Below are positions 20,071 to 28,628 of a stretch of 36,486 bases of DNA, piece by piece. The stretch is taken from the NCBI GenBank assembly GCA_008369845.1, contig MRSU01001097.1:1-36486 (forward strand), given 5' to 3'. Both the position numbers and the translations under genes were made by a program. The DNA is from Trichomonas gallinae. Its lineage: Eukaryota. Positions within the stretch are counted from its first letter, which is position 1; each line of letters starts with the position of its first letter. The notes under the pieces are model-generated. The model did not search any database and was not told the origin of the DNA. It saw nothing but the letters and a program-made list of their open reading frames with translations.

Positions 20071-20306
20071 TGACAATTTTCTTGACTAGTCAGATACAAA
20101 ATTCCTGAAAAGACTAAATTTAGAATGTATTATTGATGTATTATATGAATTTAGTATCGAATAAAAATTGACAAATTTTTTTACATGACAATTTTTACAT
20201 GTCAGATATATATTTCTGAAAAGAGTAAATTTTGAATATCATATTCATATATTGTATGAATTTAATATCGGATTGATTTTGACATTAATTTTCTTTTACA
20301 TGCCAA
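20071..20306. repeat. Degenerate tandem duplication, 2 x ~112 bp, in a divergent promoter
   Basis: The series tgacaatttt...gtcagata...ctgaaaaga.taaattt.gaat...tatgaattta.tatcg...ttgaca...tttacatg occurs twice (ctgaaaaga at 20105 and 20216). Confidence 0.8.
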
Positions 20307-20392
20307 AAAAATAATAGATAAAGTTTTTGATTTAATTGTATAAATAAGATCTCATAAGTGTGTAATTGAGTTTTAGAAAAACAAAAATAGTG

Positions 20393-21808
20393 ATGAAACG
20401 AGTTCCGATTAATAAGCAGAACATGTATATGAAAATTGTACTTGTTCCTTTAACTATTGTTTTTCTATCGCTCTTGTATCTCAAACTTTCAATGGTAGAT
20501 GACTCCCCGATCAACCCTGGAGAAAAATATCCGAATTTACTAGCAAAACAGAGAAAAACGATATTCAAACACTTAAACAACGGAACATATCTCGATTACA
20601 CAGGCGCAGGAGTATATATGGACCAAGCTATTTCTCAATACGAATATGATTTATTGACAATGCCATTAAATACGGACAAAAAGAAGATAATTGACGAAAT
20701 AAGAAAAGAATTATTAGACTTTCTTGGCGCGAAACCTGATGTTTATTCAGTTATTTTCGTTGCAAGCGCAACACAAGCGATAAAACTCGTCGGAGAAAAC
20801 TTCCCATGGACTGCAGATAGTAAATACGCGTATACAATCAAGAATCACAACTCGATTTTAGGTGTTAGAAAATATGTAATTGCAAAACATGGAAAATTCG
20901 AAGCAATTGAGTCGCCAAGAGATTTATTCAGTGTCAAATATACAGAATCAGCACAGAATTTGTTCGTATTTCCATTAGAAGAAAATTTCGCAGGAGAAAA
21001 ATTTGATGAAGCAGAAGTCAGTCTTTTACTAGAGAACAAGAAGCTCAGGGAGAGCTGGACGATTGTTGCTGATGCTGCTGCATATTTACCAACAAATCCA
21101 CTTGATTTGTCAAAATTAGACTTTGACGCTGTAATTATGTCATTCTACAAGATATTTGGCTTTCCAAATACCGGTGCACTCGTCATTAAGAAGTCATTAT
21201 TACAAAAACTCAAGAAGCGAACATATTTATATAATTCTGTCTCATTTTCTTCACTAAATGATACTTCATTTGAAATAATCTCATTTGAAGATGATGAGCC
21301 GCCGTTTAAGCTCACTCTTGGCGTCCGCTATGGACTTAGAGCAATTAATTCAATTGGAATTGCAAAAATACAAGAACATGTCGCGAAAATAACAGAAAGG
21401 TTTTATAATGGCCTAGAGTCGCTATCACACGGAAATGGATGCCCAGCGGCGCAAATTTACGGAAATCACAAATTAGGAAAACTCAGACAAGGTGGAATCG
21501 TTGCTTTCAACATGAAACGAACTGAAGAGGAGTATTTTGGATACCACGAGGTTGTTGCGTCAGCGAGTAAAGCTGGATTTCATTTGCGAGGAGGCTGCCA
21601 CTGTAATCCAGGAGCTTGCTTCGGAAACATGAAGATTCCTGAGGAAAGAGTTCGCACGTACTTCGATGCGAAGACGACGTGCGGCGATGAGAATGATATC
21701 ATTGATAACATTCCTTTAGGTGCTGTGAGAGCGTCTTTCGGATGGGCATCAACAGAACAAGATGTGGATAACTTCTTGAAGTGGATTACCGAAAATTATG
21801 TGTTTTAA
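20393..21808 (+). CDS. Molybdenum-cofactor-sulfurase-like (NifS-type, class V PLP) protein with N-terminal membrane anchor and no MOSC domain, ~471 aa
   Basis: Motifs YLDYTGAG, IFVASATQAIKLVGENFPW, NHNSILGVR, DAAAY, SFYKIFGFP (PLP Lys), LRGGCHCNPGAC (catalytic Cys loop) and GAVRASFG. Hydrophobic IVLVPLTIVFLSLLYL near the N-terminus. First ATG is 20393; 20423 and 20429 are alternatives. Confidence 0.85.
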   Translation: MKRVPINKQNMYMKIVLVPLTIVFLSLLYLKLSMVDDSPINPGEKYPNLLAKQRKTIFKHLNNGTYLDYTGAGVYMDQAISQYEYDLLTMPLNTDKKKIIDEIRKELLDFLGAKPDVYSVIFVASATQAIKLVGENFPWTADSKYAYTIKNHNSILGVRKYVIAKHGKFEAIESPRDLFSVKYTESAQNLFVFPLEENFAGEKFDEAEVSLLLENKKLRESWTIVADAAAYLPTNPLDLSKLDFDAVIMSFYKIFGFPNTGALVIKKSLLQKLKKRTYLYNSVSFSSLNDTSFEIISFEDDEPPFKLTLGVRYGLRAINSIGIAKIQEHVAKITERFYNGLESLSHGNGCPAAQIYGNHKLGKLRQGGIVAFNMKRTEEEYFGYHEVVASASKAGFHLRGGCHCNPGACFGNMKIPEERVRTYFDAKTTCGDENDIIDNIPLGAVRASFGWASTEQDVDNFLKWITENYVF

Positions 21809-22110
21809 AATATATCTTGTTTAAAAAATTGTTTGAATAGATTTAACTATGAGACCTAATATAGAAAATCTGGTTTTAAATTAGTGAAATGCGTTAAAAA
21901 CATATAATAAAGACAGGAATGTTTGAATATCATTTCTATTTTGCTTTTAAATCGATTTTTCAGGATTTTGCCAATGGAAACATATTAGAAACTAAATATA
22001 AAATATAATTATGGATGCAAATTCATGAAATATTAAAGTTATTTTAAAGAAAAATCATATTTTTATAAAAATATGAAAATAATTTTATAAATTTTTCATT
22101 AATATTAAAA

Positions 22111-23175
22111 ATGTTTCTTTATCTTTTAGCTGAGCAGACTTATCTGAATTTTGGAGATAGCATGAGTCCAATGGAGAACTGTGTCCATGATGTACCATAT
22201 GGAACAGTCAATTTCACTGTTAATCGCTTTATAAAAATTATCAATTCGAGCGCGTTTAGCGAATGCACGTTTACACTACAGAATGTCGATTTTTCAAGTG
22301 CAGTGATGCTAACCAGAATATTATCTTTTGCGTTTACCGGCTGTGAAAATTTACATTCGATTGATCTCAGCAAATGTCAGCAATTATGGCTGATTGAACA
22401 ATCAGCCTTCAGTGACTGCAAGATAAATACGATGATTTTACCACCACTTTTACGATCTATTGGTAATTTCGCATTTTCGAATTGCAATTTTAGCGATATT
22501 AAGATTCCAGATACGGTTTTCATGATTGGAAAAGGTGCTTTCGCGAATACACCAGTCAAAAACGTTAATATCGATCAAAAAAGTCATCTTTCGATTATTC
22601 GCTCTCAAGCATTCTATAATACGAAGGTTGAGATAATTTATTTACCAAGGAACCTGGCGAAAATAGGAAGCCAGGCATTTGCTAAGACAAATCTTTTCTA
22701 TTTCAGATTAGATCCGACAAATCCGTATTTTTACTATAATCATGCAATTTACTCGATCGATAAAGAGAGATTGATATTTATGCCACCATGTATGAATAGT
22801 GATAACTTCGAACTACCTCCTGAAACACAAATAATCGAAAAATACGCTTTTCTCGATTCGAAACTTGAAAAACTCAATCTAAACAATGTTAAAAGAATAT
22901 GCAACCATGCATTTATGAATTCTTCTATCAAAAAGCTAGTAATCCCTGATTCTGTTAAAATTATTGGAGATTATGCATTCGCTGGTTGTAGCAGCTTAAA
23001 AAAGCTCAGATTAAATGGAATGAATATTAACATAGGCAAAAATGCCTTCCAACAGACTGGAATCTCGTGTGGAGTTCATGCTGAACCACATCTCATCAAT
23101 CCGCTTCACGAATCTGGTATTCCACTATCAGCATTCTTATCATGTGTTAAAACTAATCGCAAGATGCATAAGTGA
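22111..23175 (+). CDS. BspA: BspA-like (TpLRR / LRR_5) leucine-rich repeat protein, 354 aa
   Basis: Repeated ~22-23 aa units such as LPPLLRSIGNFAFSNC, IPDTVFMIGKGAFANT and IPDSVKIIGDYAFAGCSSL. No C-terminal TM. Confidence 0.92.
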   Translation: MFLYLLAEQTYLNFGDSMSPMENCVHDVPYGTVNFTVNRFIKIINSSAFSECTFTLQNVDFSSAVMLTRILSFAFTGCENLHSIDLSKCQQLWLIEQSAFSDCKINTMILPPLLRSIGNFAFSNCNFSDIKIPDTVFMIGKGAFANTPVKNVNIDQKSHLSIIRSQAFYNTKVEIIYLPRNLAKIGSQAFAKTNLFYFRLDPTNPYFYYNHAIYSIDKERLIFMPPCMNSDNFELPPETQIIEKYAFLDSKLEKLNLNNVKRICNHAFMNSSIKKLVIPDSVKIIGDYAFAGCSSLKKLRLNGMNINIGKNAFQQTGISCGVHAEPHLINPLHESGIPLSAFLSCVKTNRKMHK

Positions 23176-23679
23176 AACCTTAAATTGTTGAAATAAAATG
23201 TTTGTTATATTATTGTATTAATTCGTATAATAATTCTTCTAATCTTCCTATACACAGTAATGATTTAGCTTGATTAATCAATTATATTGGGGAAAATATT
23301 TACAGTTTCTTTTTATATAGGGAAACATATGCTTTTCGTACAATAATTTCAACATATATAGCTATTATATGCGAATAAACCTAGTAAATTCAATTAAAAT
23401 CCATTTTTCACATCTGAAATATCGCGGAATATAACTTATCATTGGTAAACCACACTTTTTGCATTGAAAAAACAATTTTCTTCAGCGAAGAAATAAAATT
23501 TACCATGGAAAAAACGCTCAAATACGAATTTTAAAATTATGATAAAATTAAGTCACGAATTTTACGATATAGCATATATCATCTGTCAGTTCATATTATG
23601 AATGGTTTTATAGTTATCAAAATAAATAAATTATTTAATTTCAATTGCAATAAAAACGTAGATATATTCATAAAATACT

Positions 23680-26600
23680 TCATTCGAACATTCCGGGTGA
23701 CAAAGGTGCCAGTTCGGTGTACTTCTTGTCTCTTGGGCAAATCTCCTTGATGAGCTTTCCTCTCTGTTCTGGCGTTGCAGGGCAGATCTGCTTCTGTATC
23801 TGTCCGACGAGCAACTCAAGGCATAAGACAAGGTATGAGCTGAGAGACTTAGCGGAAAGAACTTGTGTGTGTGAGAATGGTGCGAGAACATCTTGTGGAG
23901 CCTGAACGAGATCAACCTGATAAAGGCCGATGATGAGTGGCTTGATGACGAGCACGAACTGGTGTGTGTTCTCGTTCTTCGGCACGTTGAGAGCGAATCC
24001 TGACTCATTGAAGATGATCATGATAGAAGCGTCATCCATGAGCTTGTGGATCTTGGCAGCGTCGTCTGGTTTGTTACCCATTCCAGGCGTGAAGAGTGTA
24101 GCGAACGCCGTAAGGAATGGGATAGACGGGACTGTAGTATTGACAACAGGGAGCTTGTAGACATCTGAGGCAGCTGCTGAGAGTTCCATCGGCTGGCCGA
24201 TCTCTCTCAAGAAGTTGAGCATCAGTGTTGTCATCCTTGTTGCATGCTCAGGCTTGTACTTGAGGTCCTCGTCGCCAGCCATGAAGTGGATGACAGGGAT
24301 TGGAATGATTGGTGCTACGTCGAGGAGGTCGAAGCGCTTGATGATGTCTTTGATAGCTGCGTCGTCCATCTGTGGCCTGACCTGGTTCTTGTTCTCGATG
24401 TCGAGGATGCCAAATGTCGTCAAGAAGTCGACAATTCTAAGGCGCTGGTAAGGTGCCTTGTAGTTGAATGGAACGTAGAAAGCGTTCTTGTCCCAGTCAG
24501 TCCACTTAGAGAACTCGTCACCGTAAACTTTGCGGAGCTGGTCGTCAACGGAAACAAGCTCTGCCTGTGACATGTATGGAACATTGGCTGGCTTCTCACC
24601 ATAGAGCTCGAGCGGGATTGGCTTGATTGGCTCAGCCTTAGGAAGAGCTGTTGGCTGGATCTCGTCTGAGAGCTCCGGAGTCTTTCCGTTCGTGTAGTCG
24701 TCGGCAAGCATGTATGCGGCCTTGCCGAACGGTCCACGAGCGAAAAAGGCAAGTGGGTCCTTGCACTCCTTGGTTTCAATGAACGCGATGAGTGTGTTGG
24801 AGCCGACTGTGACGTAGTTGATGATTGGGTTCTTGATATTGAGGTGATTGATGATTGTCTGCTCGCTGAACATAGATGAGGAGCAGAACTTGCGTGTAAT
24901 GTGTTCGATTGGTGATGAGTGGAGAGCGAGACGAGCTTGAACTGTAGTAACGAGTGATGCGATCAAACTGTGGCGATGTTTGTCCGCCTTGTCCTTCTTA
25001 TCGGATTCTCTCTGAGCGATTATAGCGTTTGTTGTTGATGCGCTGCGTGCCATACGGCCGGCCTGGCAAATTGTATTAACAACATTAAGAAATTCGAAGA
25101 GAGAGTTCGAGTTCTCTGGAAGATGGAATGCTGATGGGGCCCATTCGATAATTTCGTAGACCATCAGGAGAGTTGTCTGAATAATTCTTTCTGCTTGTGT
25201 CTTATTCGAGTCGAGAGCCGAGACGTTGGAGAGAATGAGTGGGATGAGGTTGTCCTTGATGACACGTTCAATGAGAGAAGGATCGTTGCGAATGACAGAC
25301 GAAAGAAGAGTAATGAGAGCGCAAGCGAAGTTTGGATTGTTAGAGTAAGCGATGAATTTGTCTCTCTTGCAGTAGTCTCTGATCGTGCTAAGGACATCGA
25401 CGCCGCATGTCGCGCAGGCGGCAAGTAAGCGATAGCGAAGATTAAGTCCTTGGCAGATCTTCTTAGCATGCTCGAAGGCTGAGTTGATGACATCTGGATA
25501 CTTGATTGTTGAGTTTGCCGCTGAAATAAAGAGTGTTGTAAAGTTTTCGGCGAAATTCTCGTCAATCTGTTTTGTTGCTTGAACATTTCCTAGTAAATCA
25601 AGCGATGCTGATGAAATGTATGGAATTACGCTGCCAGCTGTGGAATAAGCCATAGATGCGTTGTTAATGAAAGCATAAATGACTGCTGTGTGTGGTTCAA
25701 CTGCTCGTTGCGTAATATATGCAATAAAGCGCGGAATGATATCTTTTGTGCCATGGAATTCGAACTTTGCGATGATGTCGAATAATGTTGTAACATTAAT
25801 AGCTACAGCTTGATCGAAGGCTTCTGGGAGGATTGGAGCGCATGTGATGAACTTTCCGAACAGCTTCAAGTAAGAATAAGCTGGATAACGGTTAGTTTCG
25901 AATGTCTTCGAAGAACTATTAGCGACTTCGACTGCTGTGTCCTTAGTTTTAGCCATAGCTTTGGCGACAGTAAGCAAAAGATCTGGTTTTTCGTAGATTT
26001 TCTGGTAATCGCAGCATTTTATGACATGATGGAAGAAGTCTGATGCTGTCTTGTCAGTGATCTTACGCTTTTCTGAGAAGACGCCAGTAGATATTGGAAT
26101 TTTGGTAACTGGTGTTTTGAAAATGATTTGGTTGAAGTAAGTCCACAATTCGTTGACTCTTTCGCCCCAAACCGTAAGGAAATCGTTGTTGGTGCTCCAT
26201 TTGTTGCAGTATTTGATAACACGCGACCAGTGACTCTCTGTTTCGATGCCACTGTTTAAGATGACTGAGAAAAGTAAATTGACGGCCTTTTGGCGGAACT
26301 CTGAAAGTTTTTCTTCTGGGCAGAGTCCACCGAAAGCGAACGCTAAGATTGAGTCAGTAACACCGATACAAACATTAAGTAATGTGATCCATGTATTTAA
26401 TTCGAGCTCTTGTCCTCGCTGAGTAAACAAGTTTTCGTAGATTGACAAAATTCTAATGAGCAAAGGAAGGAATTGGAACTGGAATGTTGAAGAACTTTTT
26501 GGATCTCGAAATGCAAATGGTTGTGAAAGCTGTTTAATGATTCTGCAAATGTACTTATTCTGTCTCTTGATGTCTCCGAAAAGAGAAGAATTAACCAACC

Positions 26601-26877
26601 ATTTTTCGTAGTAGTTGACAACAATTTCCATTAGTTTGCATTGCTCGATGTTGAGCGTCAAACCAACACCAAAAAATTCCATCAATACTTTAACGCGCTT
26701 CTTTGACGTAATCGAGGCATTGGCTGCATCTTTTCCAATTGTTTCGATAATAATTTTTGTTGCCTCAGAAATGGGTCCACGCGCAAACGTAAGGAAAGAA
26801 TAGTGGGCTGAATCATCCTCTACCAACCCTTCGGTTAGCAGAGAAGGTAACATAAAAAGAAATTGCTCCGAGCTCAT
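23680..26877 (-). CDS. RALGAPB: Ral GTPase-activating protein beta-subunit-like (degenerate RapGAP-like domain), ~1065 aa
   Basis: N-terminal ITSKKRVKVLMEFFGVGLTLNIE....VVNYYEKWL matches the RalGAP-beta pattern (T.K.V.W.MEV..YGLTLP.....CV.VY..W). Also FARGPFGKAAY and a C-terminal FDLLD...PVIHF..GD....FLREIGQP. First ATG is 26877 (the track start is a GTG inside an AAAGTGAC motif). Confidence 0.75.
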   Translation of the reverse strand: MSSEQFLFMLPSLLTEGLVEDDSAHYSFLTFARGPISEATKIIIETIGKDAANASITSKKRVKVLMEFFGVGLTLNIEQCKLMEIVVNYYEKWLVNSSLFGDIKRQNKYICRIIKQLSQPFAFRDPKSSSTFQFQFLPLLIRILSIYENLFTQRGQELELNTWITLLNVCIGVTDSILAFAFGGLCPEEKLSEFRQKAVNLLFSVILNSGIETESHWSRVIKYCNKWSTNNDFLTVWGERVNELWTYFNQIIFKTPVTKIPISTGVFSEKRKITDKTASDFFHHVIKCCDYQKIYEKPDLLLTVAKAMAKTKDTAVEVANSSSKTFETNRYPAYSYLKLFGKFITCAPILPEAFDQAVAINVTTLFDIIAKFEFHGTKDIIPRFIAYITQRAVEPHTAVIYAFINNASMAYSTAGSVIPYISSASLDLLGNVQATKQIDENFAENFTTLFISAANSTIKYPDVINSAFEHAKKICQGLNLRYRLLAACATCGVDVLSTIRDYCKRDKFIAYSNNPNFACALITLLSSVIRNDPSLIERVIKDNLIPLILSNVSALDSNKTQAERIIQTTLLMVYEIIEWAPSAFHLPENSNSLFEFLNVVNTICQAGRMARSASTTNAIIAQRESDKKDKADKHRHSLIASLVTTVQARLALHSSPIEHITRKFCSSSMFSEQTIINHLNIKNPIINYVTVGSNTLIAFIETKECKDPLAFFARGPFGKAAYMLADDYTNGKTPELSDEIQPTALPKAEPIKPIPLELYGEKPANVPYMSQAELVSVDDQLRKVYGDEFSKWTDWDKNAFYVPFNYKAPYQRLRIVDFLTTFGILDIENKNQVRPQMDDAAIKDIIKRFDLLDVAPIIPIPVIHFMAGDEDLKYKPEHATRMTTLMLNFLREIGQPMELSAAASDVYKLPVVNTTVPSIPFLTAFATLFTPGMGNKPDDAAKIHKLMDDASIMIIFNESGFALNVPKNENTHQFVLVIKPLIIGLYQVDLVQAPQDVLAPFSHTQVLSAKSLSSYLVLCLELLVGQIQKQICPATPEQRGKLIKEICPRDKKYTELAPLSPGMFE

Positions 26878-26899
26878 TTCGAAATTATAGCAATGTTTT

Positions 26900-26907
26900 G
26901 TCACTTT
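26900..26907 (-). promoter_or_regulatory. AAAGTGAC (M2-type motif)
   Basis: GTCACTTT on the + strand, 23 nt upstream of the minus-strand ATG at 26877. Confidence 0.6.
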
Positions 26908-28249
26908 TCAGAAAAATGAATGTTTTGTTAACAAATTCACTAATCATATATAATATGTATAGTATAAATTGAGTCAAAAATTATATATAAGTCAATTTCT
27001 CTCTCTTTTTTTTATTTATTTTATTCTGTTATTGTATAAATCATTTTTAAAATAATATATTTTTATGAAATCTTTTTAACTTTTTTTTATCGTTGTAATA
27101 AGATTTAGCATCTACACACATTGTCTAATTGTTATCCACAGAAAAAAAAACATGTTTTAATTTTCAATGGGAAGATAAGAGCGAATCAATTTTTTTTTGT
27201 TATTTAACAGTGCTCTGATTAAATATGAAAAGCAATTTCGTGAATTGACATTGAATTGAATTTTGGTGATTAAAATGTGGTTGTGATATTAGGATGTTGC
27301 ACATTCAAATTTTAATGATGGAAAAGATTAAAACTACATTTTCTGTTGAACCAAAAAAAAAAAAAAAAATTCAATTTTTCTACGTACTATGACTGTGACT
27401 GTGATCTGTACTCCAAATACATGTTTTAATGTTATTATCCTTTTGGTTAATTGCAGATCTTATATTTTCCCAAAATTTGGTTAAAAGTAATCATACAAAT
27501 AATTCCTGTAGTACATATAAGTCGTCTATAATAGATATAATCAAACAATTTTAATCAGTTCGACTCTATTTTGATTGCTTCGATGTTAATGATTGCTTAT
27601 TCGACTACCTCATATTGCATATGAATACTTAACATGACTATGTTTAAATGGAACATGATTTGCGCTATTTTATCAAGAAATACTTCTTACGTTATTTTAT
27701 TTGTCAAATGATAATCGAATTTCCCATGTCCACACGTTTGCACTCACAAAATGAATTTGTCTATATAACTGAATCATAAAATTTATGAATTATATATCAT
27801 AAGTTCAATATTAATTTTGTTTAACATTTCACACAATTGAATATATGCACCATTAGTGCAAACACAACAGCATATTAAACATTTTCAATAATATTCTTAT
27901 CATAAATAGATATTAAAATCAGTTACAGAAAATCAAATTGACATTTTGGAATTAGTCTATATAGCGATAGAAGAACTTATTCATAGATTTACTAAGGAAT
28001 TGTGGAGGTAAAAATGTAAATTTCGAATATGTTTATTTTTCGGAATATATTTGATTAATGATTTATTGATATCTCATCTATTCATACAATATGGCATGAT
28101 TTAAAACGGATGCAGCATAGTTAATTTTTAATCTTAATTTATCTTTTCGTACAGCATTATTATGTTTTGTTTCTATATTATTCTACTAGTTTATGAAGTA
28201 TATTATATTGATTTAATAATATGCTCTTCATTATAGCGTCATATGAGAA

Positions 28250-28348
28250 TTTTTTCGAATGATGATTCTCCCGAGAATAAGGTGAAAAAGCTACAGTTCC
28301 TCTGAATAAATGAAAGAGGAGGATGTTATTCAACACTGACCGAAAAAA
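28250..28348 (+). ncRNA. Candidate box C/D snoRNA (~99 nt), target not identified
   Basis: Box C ATGATGA 28259-28265, internal D' CTGA 28302-28305, C'-like ATGAAA 28310-28315 and box D CTGA 28336-28339, flanked by an 8-bp terminal inverted repeat TTTTTTCG (28250-28257) / CGAAAAAA (28341-28348). Locally GC-richer than the surrounding intergenic DNA. Confidence 0.55.
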
Positions 28349-28601
28349 GCAGTGCCCATTGGCAACACGTATCCGTTTGATATGAATAACCCAAAAAATT
28401 CAATAATTTCGCTTTTTTTGAGAATTTTGTGAAGGAAGCAGCTCCCGTTTTATCCATAAGTATCTGATAACTCATTACTAGCCATATATAAATATTCTCT
28501 CTTTACAGCAAAATTTTATTCATTTTTTTTAAATCTTAATTTTTAAAGAAAATTATTTCTTTACCGTATCTATAATACCAGATACTTTTCTTTGCGTGTC
28601 A

Positions 28602-28609
28602 AACGGTTT
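28602..28609 (+). promoter_or_regulatory. AACGGTTT, M3-type (Myb-recognition-like) core promoter element
   Basis: Fits the trichomonad M3 consensus DRCSGYTD as recalled; ends 20 nt before ATG 28629. Confidence 0.45.
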
Positions 28610-28628
28610 TTCTTCAAAAAATTTAAAA

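Noticed and set aside
18002..23175. Glycosyltransferase, sulfurase-like and BspA genes as a functional cluster
   Set aside because: Mixed orientations, an unrelated gene in between, and housekeeping neighbours. Adjacency alone does not support a pathway in this kind of genome.
27353..27410. 17-nt A run and TGACTG micro-repeat
   Set aside because: Low complexity. No target-site duplication or upstream retro-element body is visible, and similar homopolymers occur elsewhere.
28429..28442. GAAGGAAGCAGC, resembling the bacterial SRP RNA helix 8 3' strand
   Set aside because: The required upstream CAGG/stem half is absent and the flanks cannot form the long SRP helix. Likely coincidence.
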